Virus record (IMG/VR): IMGVR_UViG_3300035665_003403
Span: 84,825 to 148,824 of that record
DNA from: a virus
Length of the DNA stretch: 64,000 nucleotides
Direction: 5' to 3' (one strand)
Shown: piece by piece, positions 39,564 through 50,305 of the stretch
Position numbering within the stretch: the stretch's first letter is position 1
Layout: every line of letters starts with the position of its first letter
Notes under the pieces: model-generated
The model's input: the letters and a program-made list of their open reading frames with translations, nothing else
The model's database searches: none
Told to the model about the DNA's origin: nothing
Position numbers and translations under genes: made by a program

Positions 39564-40510
39564 TATTTCCTTAAGTCTTTAATTTTAATTACTCTTTTCA
39601 CCAAATTGTTTGTTATTTCCTTATCCAAAGTGTTTTTTTTGATTATAACACCTTCAGCTATACCTGTACTATCTGTTTTAGCAACGTCTTTAAATTGAGT
39701 AATGATACCACTTAATTTTTGTAATGGAACACCAATTTCATTTGCCATTGTAGTTAAAAATTGGGCTTGTTCCAAAGGTTTATCTAATTTTGCTAAGTAA
39801 CTACCAAATTTATTCTTAATCAAAGTTACTAATTTTTTAGTGTCACTTTGCAACTTGTTAACATTAACACCATCAACTTCAACATCAGCTTCATTTAATT
39901 CATCAGTTTTGAAATAATCACCTACTCTGAATCTTTTTAACTCTTTGATACCCATATAATCCTCTTCACCAGGTACCAATTTAATACCAGATTTAATCAT
40001 TTCTTTTAAATTTCTAAATTTGGATGTAACCTCACCAGTTTTTATATTGACAAAAAAATGTCTGAATCCAACTAAGTCTTTTAAGTTTACAAAATCACTA
40101 AAATTTTGTTTATCGAAATGTTTTAATTCTTCACCATTATAATCATAATCATCAGTTATTTCTTCCTTCTTGCCAACACCATTTTGAAATGTATCAATAT
40201 CGTAGATTATGTTGTTTCCATCATCTTCATAAGACATAACACCTAATACAACCTCACCTTGATTATTTGTTGCTCTAACGACTCTATATCGTTTTCCATT
40301 TAATTCAAATGGTTCTTTAACTTTACCTGTTGAGTTATCAATTACATTTGACAAATATGTTAACCCACTATCAACTCCAATTGGTGTTGATTCGTCAACA
40401 ACATTAATCTTAACTCCTTTTAATTGAGTAAAATCCCCCTTCATAGATTGAAAGTCTTGTTTTTTGACGTTGATGATTGTTTTATCTTTATCTTGGTTAT
40501 CTGTTTGCAT
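39563..40510 (-). CDS. Hypothetical late protein
   Basis: Coupled ORF in the late operon. Confidence 0.65.
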   Translation of the reverse strand: MQTDNQDKDKTIINVKKQDFQSMKGDFTQLKGVKINVVDESTPIGVDSGLTYLSNVIDNSTGKVKEPFELNGKRYRVVRATNNQGEVVLGVMSYEDDGNNIIYDIDTFQNGVGKKEEITDDYDYNGEELKHFDKQNFSDFVNLKDLVGFRHFFVNIKTGEVTSKFRNLKEMIKSGIKLVPGEEDYMGIKELKRFRVGDYFKTDELNEADVEVDGVNVNKLQSDTKKLVTLIKNKFGSYLAKLDKPLEQAQFLTTMANEIGVPLQKLSGIITQFKDVAKTDSTGIAEGVIIKKNTLDKEITNNLVKRVIKIKDLRK

Positions 40511-40934
40511 CGTACTTTAATTCTTTATGTTTTTCCTTATAATCATAAATATAGTTAAGCTTGAACTCTCTTGAATATAATTTAGCTTCAACACTTTCTA
40601 ATGTCTCACCAAATGCAAATATAACCCTATTTTCAGGGTACTCAATATATTCATCTAAGTTCTCCCATGCTAATGAAATAACTCCATCAACAGCATCCCA
40701 CACAGAAAAATTCGTGCTTTCTTGGATTACATCCAATACTAAATCACCTTCAAATTTACCAACTTTTTTTATGAATCTATTTTTAGGTGGTAACGGTCTT
40801 CCAGCGGCTGGATATGAATCCCAATCTGGACCATCAATATCTTTTATAGTATCAGAAAATATAAACTCATAGATGTTCTTATTATTAAAATCAGAACCCA
40901 ATGAATTAACATATATTAGAAATAATTTGTCCAT
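40497..40934 (-). CDS. Hypothetical phage protein
   Basis: LIYVN.LG...YEFIFS, DAVDGVISLAWE. Confidence 0.7.
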   Translation of the reverse strand: MDKLFLIYVNSLGSDFNNKNIYEFIFSDTIKDIDGPDWDSYPAAGRPLPPKNRFIKKVGKFEGDLVLDVIQESTNFSVWDAVDGVISLAWENLDEYIEYPENRVIFAFGETLESVEAKLYSREFKLNYIYDYKEKHKELKYDANR

Positions 40935-42927
40935 TAAGCAATGTACATATTTAACTCATACTTTGTAGGCATACCATAAACTTGAATATTCAATTTTTGT
41001 TTAACTACTTTACCATTTTTGTACAAATCTAAAGAGTATTTGTTTGTAACACCTTCATTAGGTTTAGCTGGGCCTGTGGAAATTTGTCTAAACCAATCCC
41101 CCTCATCAATAGTGTAACCTTTAGATGTTGCATATTTTTCAGCTTCATGAACCGCACTAGTGAAACTATCATGGTAAATCTCATATGATGACTCTTTAGG
41201 TGTTTCAGAAACAGCTTTAGGTTTTGGCGCAACAGATGGGTTAACCTTAAAAGGACGTTCTCTCCTTTTAATTTTACCTGGAACTTTGGTTCCTGGGTCA
41301 GTTTTAGGCTTTGTTGTTGGTATTACCTCAGTTTCAGTATTATCTGTACTAAATGTTTCTTTTAATATTTGCATAATATGGTTTTTATCAAAGATACTAT
41401 TTTTTTCTTTAATTTCAAAATCCTCATTTAAATTAACTGATTCCACATTCCCATGTTCATCTGAATAACCACCTTCAGTATCACCATCATACCCAAATTG
41501 ACCCTCCAAGAAATGATACACTTCTTCCATATCATCAGCAGATGTCGATATGTGGTCCACAGCCCAAGCGTGTCCGTTAGCTATCAATGAATCAATTTTT
41601 TCTTTATTCATTGATAATAATTCATTAGTAACGTGATTTATGTTTTTTATATTTTGCCAAAACATATAATTATTGGATTCACGATTATCATCCTCATTAA
41701 TTGGAACACAATTAGGTACTTCTTTCCCATTCTTTTCTTTCATTCCCAATTGTTTATACCCACTCCAACAAGGATTTTGTTCATCCAAGATATCATTTGA
41801 ACCAGGTTGAAACATATTATTACGTTTAGGTTCACCAAAAATACTATTTTCATTTACAGCATCATCACCAAAATCTAACCCATCACCATCTGGTTCTGAC
41901 CCATCCTTTGAATTAGATTCGTCACCCTCTGGTTCTGATTCATCTTTAGAGCCAGATTTTTTAACTTTTTTTATGATATCATTTTGGTCTTCCTCATCCA
42001 TTTCGGATGTATGTGTTGCCGATAAAACTGAGTTTATAGCAAATTTTTCCAATTCAAGATTTGGTGAACCTTGGTCTTGTGTATATTGACGTATTGATTG
42101 ACCTAATTTCCCAGATAATTGTTGAATGTATTTATCTGGCTCTGATGCTTCATCAGCTTCAACACCAGCGTCAAATGGTTCTTTTTCAAATGAAAAATCA
42201 TCACCCGAATTATCAGGTGATGAGGTTGTGGTATTTGTAGGTTGTGGTGCAGCAGCTGGTTGAGCTGGTGCTGGATTAGGGTTTGGAACCTTAAGAGTGA
42301 ATTTTTCCTCTTTGATTACTTCACCGAATAGACTTTTTTTTTTACTTTTGGAGTCAAATCATCTATAATTGTATCGATGTTACCCATTACTTTTGCTATT
42401 GATAAGCCTTTGTGTTCTTTGATAGTTACGGGTTCTTTTCCGTATTCTTTATCTCTCATTTCTTCAATCATAGCTTCATTTTCAGTCAACTCGATATCAG
42501 CTTCTTCCATTTCAATTTCCGATACTATATTTTCAATAATTTCATCATCGTTTTCCAAGATGTTCGTTGATACATTTGTATCCAATGCTTCATTCAATGA
42601 AATAAATTTGAAATTTAATTCTTTGACAGCCTTAGCGTATGAAGGATAAGCTTGGTCTTTTTTGTTTTGTAGACCACCAATGTATTGGAAATCCTCAACA
42701 ACCAAATTTTTCTTTTTGTTTGCTGTCTTGATAAAATACTCGTGGTTTTCTCTAACGATACCATAAATTTTACCATCTGGTCCAATTTTTTGTAGTTCTA
42801 AGACGTAACGACTATTGTTAGTGTTTTCTGGAACTACATTCATTAATTCCATTATTCTATTTTTAACTTCATTACCTTTAAGTGTTAAAGGGTTTACATT
42901 TAATTTGTTTTTCATAATTTTAATCAT
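40934..42927 (-). CDS. Modular late protein; about 664 aa via a -1 frameshift at 42334-42343 (203 aa without the shift)
   Basis: The -1 frame is open from 42358 through 40934, with no ATG/GTG/TTG before 42052; junction GTA AAA AAA AAA GTC. Confidence 0.65.
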
Positions 42928-43190
42928 TAACCTAAAATAACACCAGACCCTAAAGCATAATTACCAGGGGTCATCACATTAATTGGTTCACCTAAGACAT
43001 ACACGTTTGCTGTTGAACTAATACTTCTAACATTAATATATAACGAACTACCAGCATTCATTGTTACAGCAACACCATTTATTGTTGGTGTTGCATTAGC
43101 ACCAGCATAAACCTGAGTATATGTGTGAGCCGTAAAATTAGCGTTTGTTGATAATACTATTATAGAATTTATTTGATTACTAATGGGCAT
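42927..43190 (-). CDS. Small virion protein (beta-rich)
   Basis: TATTTAT 43208-43214 (-); T/A/N/G-rich. Confidence 0.65.
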   Translation of the reverse strand: MPISNQINSIIVLSTNANFTAHTYTQVYAGANATPTINGVAVTMNAGSSLYINVRSISSTANVYVLGEPINVMTPGNYALGSGVILG

Positions 43191-43254
43191 TGTGTTATTA
43201 TTTCTCTATAAATATAACAAAACACCCAAAAAATAAAATACATGAAAATAAAAT

Positions 43255-45078
43255 TTATCGATATAGGGTTAAATTACCTACTAATCTTTTAGAATGATTG
43301 TTAATATCCTTATAAACAATTTCATAAAAATAAATACCCTGTGGTGATTTAACCCCATTATATGTTCCATCCCACCCACTTAAATCATTTGACTCATATA
43401 TTTTTTCACCCCATCTATTAAACAATGATATTGTCAAATCTTTAAAATAAATTCCTTTAGGTTGGAATAAATCATTTAACCCATCATCATTAGGTGAAAA
43501 ACTATTAGGTACAAAGAACGTAGTATATTTACAAGGTTCAACTGTTATAACTAAAGAAACATCTGATAAACACCCATCCTTCTCAGTTATTACCGTTAAT
43601 TCATAAACTCCTATCTTATCAAAATCATATTGAAATATTGGTTGTGAGCCACGCTTAATAACACTACCATTTTTAAATAAAGCCCATGTATAATTAACTT
43701 CTTCATCACCAACAATGGTGTAGTTAAATTTAGTTTTATTATTATCACACAATTCAATAGTTTGATTACTCATGTCTGATATTGATAATAACAATGGGTT
43801 ATCCTTAACTAATATAGATGTTATCCCATTATATGAGCATGTATCCACATTGATAACGTAATCTAATATGTAATTACCACTTCTTGGTGGTGTTAAAATA
43901 TCATTATTAACGTATTGTCCAGACCAATTTATTGTATCCTCACCCGATAATTTTAATTGAGTCGGAAACCCAAAACATATTGGGTCTAGAGTTAATTGTG
44001 TTGGTGGTGTTTTCACCAATATACTAACCGAAGTATCTACTGAACAATTCATATTATCACCTATTAATGTGATAGCATTATAACCATAAGTCAGCAAATC
44101 AATATTAACTGAATCCACGTTACCAACTAATTGACTTCCTAAATACCAAGTAAATGAGTATAATGAATCTGGTGTGGTTACATAATACAATTGATTATAT
44201 GTTGTATCACAAAATTCTGTTGGCCCAATTATATTTGAAATGTTAGGTAGAAATAATAAATCAACATCAATGGTATCTGAATTACAATCATTAGTGTCGG
44301 TAGCGAATACTGATAAGTTAGATGTCAAGATGTTTTGGTACGGAATTGTTATTGAATCACCAATATAAACCGTACCTGGAGGTGTTAGAGTCCATGTAAA
44401 AACTAAGTTACTTGTATCTAACATAGTGAACATTTGATTTTCATTATAACAAATTAATGAATCAGTTATTGGTTGTAAATTATATGTTGGACATGGTTGA
44501 CCTATAATAATATTAGGGAAAAGAACCACAGAATCTGGTGGACATGGAAAATTACCAGTGTAACTTCCAGCAACATTATCAGCCAATGGTATTACATTAA
44601 AATTAAGTAACCCACCAATATTATTTCCGACTGTTGCATTTATACAAAAAGTCCAAACACAATTTCCTTGGTCACCAAAATCATCACCAGGGTTAAGTGG
44701 GTCATTAATTCCATTTATCATCCCAATTCCAGATTCAAAGAAAAATCCTGGACCAAAACTTTGAAATGGAAATACAGTCGATGTAGTTTGATTAACCCAA
44801 ACCCAATTCCCAACACCACCATTACAATTAACTGGAAATGATAATGGGGTTACACTATTCCAATTATTTGATAAATTAAAATCAAACCCCTCAAACCAAT
44901 TAATACCCACCATTGTAAAAGAATTTAATGTTACACATATTTGAACATTTGTGTTTGGTAAGTAATAATTATTATTAATTGGTGGTGGGGTTATCGTGTA
45001 TGTTATTGGTCCAAAACAAGGTTGAGATATTACCGAATTTGATATTAACAATAACAAGATAAAAATTATTTTTTTCAT
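43255..45078 (-). CDS. Secreted protein with T9SS type B (gliding-motility-associated) C-terminal domain
   Basis: Signal peptide ending ISQ; PKD/Ig-like repeats; FVPNSFSPNDDGLNDLF...IFNRWGE-like (LFNRWGE)...WDG...G.YFY...G.LTLYR. Confidence 0.88.
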   Translation of the reverse strand: MKKIIFILLLLISNSVISQPCFGPITYTITPPPINNNYYLPNTNVQICVTLNSFTMVGINWFEGFDFNLSNNWNSVTPLSFPVNCNGGVGNWVWVNQTTSTVFPFQSFGPGFFFESGIGMINGINDPLNPGDDFGDQGNCVWTFCINATVGNNIGGLLNFNVIPLADNVAGSYTGNFPCPPDSVVLFPNIIIGQPCPTYNLQPITDSLICYNENQMFTMLDTSNLVFTWTLTPPGTVYIGDSITIPYQNILTSNLSVFATDTNDCNSDTIDVDLLFLPNISNIIGPTEFCDTTYNQLYYVTTPDSLYSFTWYLGSQLVGNVDSVNIDLLTYGYNAITLIGDNMNCSVDTSVSILVKTPPTQLTLDPICFGFPTQLKLSGEDTINWSGQYVNNDILTPPRSGNYILDYVINVDTCSYNGITSILVKDNPLLLSISDMSNQTIELCDNNKTKFNYTIVGDEEVNYTWALFKNGSVIKRGSQPIFQYDFDKIGVYELTVITEKDGCLSDVSLVITVEPCKYTTFFVPNSFSPNDDGLNDLFQPKGIYFKDLTISLFNRWGEKIYESNDLSGWDGTYNGVKSPQGIYFYEIVYKDINNHSKRLVGNLTLYR

Positions 45079-45102
45079 AGTTGTAATTTTATTATAAATA
45101 CA

Positions 45103-45543
45103 TTAAGCCACATCATCTAAATTTATTCTCGTTTGTTTATAACTTCTATATTTGTACATAGCAATTTCTAAGATATCCAAAGATTCCAATAATCCAGACC
45201 TATCACAAAGATTAATGTTATAGAAAATCTTCCTATAACCATCACCACCATAAGGTAACTCAATTGGATTCTCGTTGATTGAATCAATATTCAATCCAAT
45301 TCTATTACAGTAATCTCTTATTGATGGAAATCTATCTTCTTTAGATGTGGTAAAGACCACAACATAAGCACCAGTTTCCTTGGCTATCTTAAGAATAGAT
45401 ATAACTCTAGCTATATCTGATTCATTATCTATTGTTTCGTTAGGTAGCAATGTTGAATCATAATCAACAGATATTATTATCTTACCATGTCTAACCCATT
45501 CGTTGAATAATCTATCCACATAAATATCCGTTCTTGAAATCAT
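45103..45543 (-). CDS. HAD-superfamily hydrolase-like
   Basis: ISVDYDSTL, VFTT, INENP, K...NINLCDR. Confidence 0.7.
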   Translation of the reverse strand: MISRTDIYVDRLFNEWVRHGKIIISVDYDSTLLPNETIDNESDIARVISILKIAKETGAYVVVFTTSKEDRFPSIRDYCNRIGLNIDSINENPIELPYGGDGYRKIFYNINLCDRSGLLESLDILEIAMYKYRSYKQTRINLDDVA

Positions 45544-45722
45544 AATTCGTGTATAAAATAATCATTATTTGGTTCGTGGTCATTATCAGCTAAAAAATCC
45601 CTACATAAATCAGCAACCCATTTTTCTTGAAAACAACCTAGTGGTTTTTCTTCAGATACCTCACCAGTATCTGGATTAGTATATGTCTTAGTTAAAACTA
45701 ATTTAATTTCAAAGTCTTTCAT
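45540..45722 (-). CDS. Small hypothetical protein
   Basis: ATGA overlaps on both sides. Confidence 0.55.
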   Translation of the reverse strand: MKDFEIKLVLTKTYTNPDTGEVSEEKPLGCFQEKWVADLCRDFLADNDHEPNNDYFIHEL

Positions 45723-46549
45723 ATAGCAATTTCTAATTTGGTACTCAATGGTTGAATCCCATTAATACCTGTTATTGTAAAATCATCGATAGTATAATCA
45801 TAAAAGTTTTTATTTTCATTTAAGATTAACTTAGGTTGAATATCTAATGGTGTTCTACTTAATAGTTCATCTAATGCATCCATATGTCTATCATATACAT
45901 GTAAATTTTGAGTCAAGTGAACAAATGTACCAACCTTATAACCACAATGCCCAGCAATCATCATAAGCAACGCAACATATTGGATTTTATTGATTGCGCC
46001 AGCTGTCACATAATCATTACTTCTTTGAAGTAAAGTCATATCCAAATACAATTCATCACCAATTGACCTAACTGACCATAGTGTTTCGTAAGCACATGGA
46101 TTCAACCCTTTGCTTAGATTAAGGTCAAATTGTTGATACATGTTCAAGATATGTCTTCTACCAAATGGGTCATTAACCAAGCCATCTAGTAGGGTGTTCA
46201 TTAAATCCCATCTTCTAACAGTTTCACCATATCTACTCCCTATGGTTCCATCACCAATATCCCATTCATCCCACCAATTAATACCTAATTCTCTAGCAAC
46301 TTCTAAGCTATTAGATTGCTTTTGATAAATCCAAAACATTTCTCTAATTCCAGTCTTTACTGCTGTGTTTCTAAGTGTTGGAATTGGGAATTCCCCATTC
46401 TTTATATTATAAGTTTCAAATACCTGAGTAATGAATTTACTATGGGCTGGAGTTCCATCACTCCATTTAGGTCTTGGGTCTTGGTCCCAACAACCATATT
46501 CTTTAATTGTGGCAAGATTATTTAAATAATACCAATCTGCTTTGTTCAT
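45719..46549 (-). CDS. thyA: Thymidylate synthase
   Basis: FPIPTLR, GRRH, LNPCAY, QRSND, N..QY, NLHVYDRH. Confidence 0.95.
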   Translation of the reverse strand: MNKADWYYLNNLATIKEYGCWDQDPRPKWSDGTPAHSKFITQVFETYNIKNGEFPIPTLRNTAVKTGIREMFWIYQKQSNSLEVARELGINWWDEWDIGDGTIGSRYGETVRRWDLMNTLLDGLVNDPFGRRHILNMYQQFDLNLSKGLNPCAYETLWSVRSIGDELYLDMTLLQRSNDYVTAGAINKIQYVALLMMIAGHCGYKVGTFVHLTQNLHVYDRHMDALDELLSRTPLDIQPKLILNENKNFYDYTIDDFTITGINGIQPLSTKLEIAI

Positions 46550-46617
46550 GTTTTAATAAATTTTGTTTCCTATGTATTTTGTTATGTGATTTAATAATAA
46601 CCAAATTATTCTCATAA

Positions 46618-47061
46618 TTAAATGTTAACTAATTTGTGGTATTTGTCTAAGTAATTTACGATGGCATCTCTACAATCAATCAACGAAGTTGGATTAGGTG
46701 TACTCTGTGTTAGTATATCGTTACATAAATCAATTATTTTACAATAACTTTCTTTTTTCTCATTTTCCTTAAGAGCATTATATGTTTCTTCAATTTCTTG
46801 ATTAATTGGTTGTGTATCAACATTATCTAATTTTTTAAATGGATACTTTTTGATATGTGAGTTCAAGACTTTACCTTGACTCTCATCGATTTCGAATCTG
46901 GTATAATCTGTTACTGATACACCTTCATATAGATATTGACCACCAGTTTTAAATACCACGATTAATTCATTGTTAGATTGGTCATAAGTTGATGATGCGA
47001 TGTTTGATGACTTGTATAAGGATACAATCTTATCATCTTTGATTTCTTTTTTTAAAAGCAT
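46618..47061 (-). CDS. KTSC domain protein
   Basis: SSNIAS..YD....L.V.F..G..Y.Y.GV...S.GK..N..IK. Confidence 0.85.
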   Translation of the reverse strand: MLLKKEIKDDKIVSLYKSSNIASSTYDQSNNELIVVFKTGGQYLYEGVSVTDYTRFEIDESQGKVLNSHIKKYPFKKLDNVDTQPINQEIEETYNALKENEKKESYCKIIDLCNDILTQSTPNPTSLIDCRDAIVNYLDKYHKLVNI

Positions 47062-47195
47062 TTGTTTGTTTTAAATGATTATGTTATGTGCGTTAAAATT
47101 AATTTCACTACAAAGTTACTAATATTTATCTAATAATAACCACGAACTATGTTTTTTTATATAAAAATTAGTAAGTTTGAAGAAAAATTACACAA

Positions 47196-49727
47196 ATGAG
47201 CATGGCAAAAAATAAAGCATCACAAAAAGTTAGTGATATCATGAAAGGGGCAATAAACGAAGCCAAGAATTTTTCAGATAATAAATTAAAACCAGAACAC
47301 ATCATGTTATCATTATTATATGATACAAATAATCAAGGGGTTCAACTATTGGAAAACATAAATGTTAATATTGATAATTTAATCGATAATTTAACAGAAC
47401 ATCTAAAAGCAACTCAAACAACTCCAAGATTATTTAGTTATAATAGAATTCCATTTTCACCAGAAACAACTAAATTAATGTCAAATATTGATAGAGAGTG
47501 TACTGGTGTATCTGATTCAATTATTGAACCAGTACATTTAATCTTAGCTATACTGATGATTAAGACACCAGTTACTAATATGCTATTTGATATGGGTGTT
47601 ACACACACTTCATTTAAAAACTTCTATATGACAACAAAAGAATCTCAAGGTTTTACGAATAAAGCATTTGAGGATGATGAATTTGGTGATATGAAATCAG
47701 ATAAATTCCAAAATAAACAAGGTATGAAAAAAGATTCTAAGACTCCAGCATTGGATGGATTTTGTCGTGACTTAACAAAAGCTGCTGAGAAAAAAGAATT
47801 AGACCCAGTTATTGGTCGTGAGAAAGAAATCAAAAGAGCATGTCAAATATTAAGTAGACGCAAAAAATCAAATGTGATTATTATTGGTCAACCTGGTACT
47901 GGAAAAAGTGCAATCGTAGATGGTTTAGCTCAATTAATCAAGGATGGAAAGGCACCTAGACCATTGATGAATAAAAAAATCTATTCATTAGATTTAGCAT
48001 CGGTTGTTGCTGGAACCAAATTCAGAGGACAATTCGAAGAACGAATGAAAGCCATATTAGAGGAATGCAAAGCCAATAAAGACATATTATTATTTATTGA
48101 TGAAATCCATACTATTGTTGGTGCTGGTAATTCATCAGGTTCATTAGATGCTTCAAATATTTTCAAGCCAGCTTTATCACGAGGTGAAATTCAAATTATT
48201 GGTGCAACAACACTAGATGAATACAGGGAAAATATTGAAAAAGATGCTGCGTTAACAAGACGCTTTCAATCTTTAATGGTTGAAGAACCAACCTTGGAAG
48301 AATGTAAAACAATTCTGATGAATATCAAGGATAAATATGAACAACACCATAAAGTAAAGTATACTGATGAAGCTATTGAAGAATGTGTTAAATTGTCGAA
48401 TAGATACATTATGGATAGAGGTATGCCTGATAAAGCTATTGATGTTATGGATGAATCTGGAGCTATCACAAATGTTAGTATTGAAAAACCAGAAAATATT
48501 AAACATCTAGAGAAGTTAAAAGCGGATATAATCTTAAAAAAATTATCTGTTGTTAATCAACAACGTTATGAAGATGCGGCTAAATTAAGAGATGAGGAAA
48601 AACTCATAAATGAAAATTTAACCAAAGCAATGGATGAATGGAATAAACTATTATCTGAAAATGTAACTATTGTTGATGTTGATATGGTTTCTGAAGTTGT
48701 ATCCATGATGAGTGGTGTTCCAGTTACTAAGTTATCAATCCAAGAAAATAAAAAATTAGCTAATATTGATAAAGAATTAATTGGAAAAATTATTGGTCAA
48801 AATGATGCTGTTATTAAAATTTGTAATGCTATCAAAAGAAGTAGAATTGGAATCAAGAATAAACAAGCCCCAAGTAGCTTTTTATGCTTAGGCCCAACAG
48901 GTACAGGTAAATCACTTTTAGCTAAGTTGTTAGCTGAATACATTTATGGTGATGGTGAATCTTTGATTAGAGTTGATATGTCTGAGTATGGTGAGAAACA
49001 TAATGTTGCTAGATTAATCGGTGCGCCTCCAGGATATATTGGTCATGAGCAAGGTGGTCAATTAACTGAAAAAGTTAGAAGAAAGCCTTATTGTGTTTTA
49101 TTGTTGGATGAAATAGAGAAAGCACATGACGATGTATTCAACATTCTATTACAGGTATTAGATGAAGGTCACTTGACTGATGGGTTAGGTCGTAAAATTA
49201 ACTTCAAAAATTGTTTGATTATAATGACATCAAATATTGGGGTTAAGGAATTAAATGAGTTTGGCCCTTCAGTCGGATTTAAGACTACAAGTAATATTCT
49301 TTCAGAAGAAACTAGAGTTACCGATGTAATTCATAAAGCCTTAAAGAAGAAATTCAAACCAGAATTCTTAAATAGAATTAGTGAAACAATTATATTCAAT
49401 CCATTATCGGAAGAAAATATCAATTCAATTATTTATAATGAGTTAGCTAAATTACAATCTAGGTTGGTTGAAATGGGTTATAAGTTAAATGTTGAACCAG
49501 AAGCTGTTAAATATGTTGCACATGAAGGTTATGACCAAGTATATGGTGCTAGACCATTAAATAGAGCTATTGAACATTTGATTGAAGACCCAATCGCTGA
49601 TGAAATTCTAAATGGCAATATCAAAGATGGTTCAACAATAACGGTTAAATTAAAGGATGGGGTTATATTTATAACTAACGATAACCCAAAACCTAAGAAG
49701 AAACCAACTAAAAAAGATGTCATCTAA
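47196..49727 (+). CDS. clpC: ClpC/ClpB-type AAA+ chaperone
   Basis: Clp-N repeats, LDPVIGRE, GQPGTGKS, FIDEIH, UVR motif QRYEDAAKLRDEE, GPTGTGKS, LLDEIEKAH, GARPL. Confidence 0.93.
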   Translation: MSMAKNKASQKVSDIMKGAINEAKNFSDNKLKPEHIMLSLLYDTNNQGVQLLENINVNIDNLIDNLTEHLKATQTTPRLFSYNRIPFSPETTKLMSNIDRECTGVSDSIIEPVHLILAILMIKTPVTNMLFDMGVTHTSFKNFYMTTKESQGFTNKAFEDDEFGDMKSDKFQNKQGMKKDSKTPALDGFCRDLTKAAEKKELDPVIGREKEIKRACQILSRRKKSNVIIIGQPGTGKSAIVDGLAQLIKDGKAPRPLMNKKIYSLDLASVVAGTKFRGQFEERMKAILEECKANKDILLFIDEIHTIVGAGNSSGSLDASNIFKPALSRGEIQIIGATTLDEYRENIEKDAALTRRFQSLMVEEPTLEECKTILMNIKDKYEQHHKVKYTDEAIEECVKLSNRYIMDRGMPDKAIDVMDESGAITNVSIEKPENIKHLEKLKADIILKKLSVVNQQRYEDAAKLRDEEKLINENLTKAMDEWNKLLSENVTIVDVDMVSEVVSMMSGVPVTKLSIQENKKLANIDKELIGKIIGQNDAVIKICNAIKRSRIGIKNKQAPSSFLCLGPTGTGKSLLAKLLAEYIYGDGESLIRVDMSEYGEKHNVARLIGAPPGYIGHEQGGQLTEKVRRKPYCVLLLDEIEKAHDDVFNILLQVLDEGHLTDGLGRKINFKNCLIIMTSNIGVKELNEFGPSVGFKTTSNILSEETRVTDVIHKALKKKFKPEFLNRISETIIFNPLSEENINSIIYNELAKLQSRLVEMGYKLNVEPEAVKYVAHEGYDQVYGARPLNRAIEHLIEDPIADEILNGNIKDGSTITVKLKDGVIFITNDNPKPKKKPTKKDVI

Positions 49728-50211
49728 AACTCTAATAAAAAATCAGTTAAGAGAATTATTTTCATCAATAAGTGATTCAGAGTGGATTAGTGCTTACACT
49801 AATAAAATTAATAATTTAAGACATAATCTATTATCTAATGTAAAAGATAATCCAGATTATGTCTTTTTATTAGGTAAAAATGTAATAAAATTAAATTACG
49901 GTGAATTTAATAAATGCGAAACCAACACTTATAAGTTTATAAAAGAAAAACTACTTAGTGGTGAGGATTTTTATTACCCAGTTGGTGGCTTTGGGTTTGA
50001 GGGTAAAGAATTAGTCCCAATTGAACACTGGTGGTGTTATAACGCTCAAACAAAACAATTTTTAGATGTTACACCATGTGTTGGTGAAGATTTTAGATGT
50101 TATGCTGGTATTATTAACTATGAATTAAATAATGATATTAAAATGACAAATAATGTTTTTGATGTGGATTTTTTTAAAGGTGGTAATGTATATCATAAAT
50201 ATTTTAAATGA
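49717..50211 (+). CDS. Putative papain/transglutaminase-like (C-H-D) enzyme
   Basis: CETN...EHWW...LDVTP; N-terminal IKNQLRE; TATTTAT at 49666-49672 inside clpC. Confidence 0.5.
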   Translation: MSSKTLIKNQLRELFSSISDSEWISAYTNKINNLRHNLLSNVKDNPDYVFLLGKNVIKLNYGEFNKCETNTYKFIKEKLLSGEDFYYPVGGFGFEGKELVPIEHWWCYNAQTKQFLDVTPCVGEDFRCYAGIINYELNNDIKMTNNVFDVDFFKGGNVYHKYFK

Positions 50212-50305
50212 TTACACGTAAAAATTACATAAAATACCCCACGATAAATGGATTGATGTTTAAAACAGTGGTTTCTAATTATATTTATATTAATATTATT
50301 CCATA

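Noticed and set aside
45719-46549. thyA as a dCMP hydroxymethylase for DNA hypermodification
   Set aside because: Keeps the Asn specificity residue (QRSND...AIN), consistent with ordinary dUMP-specific thymidylate synthase
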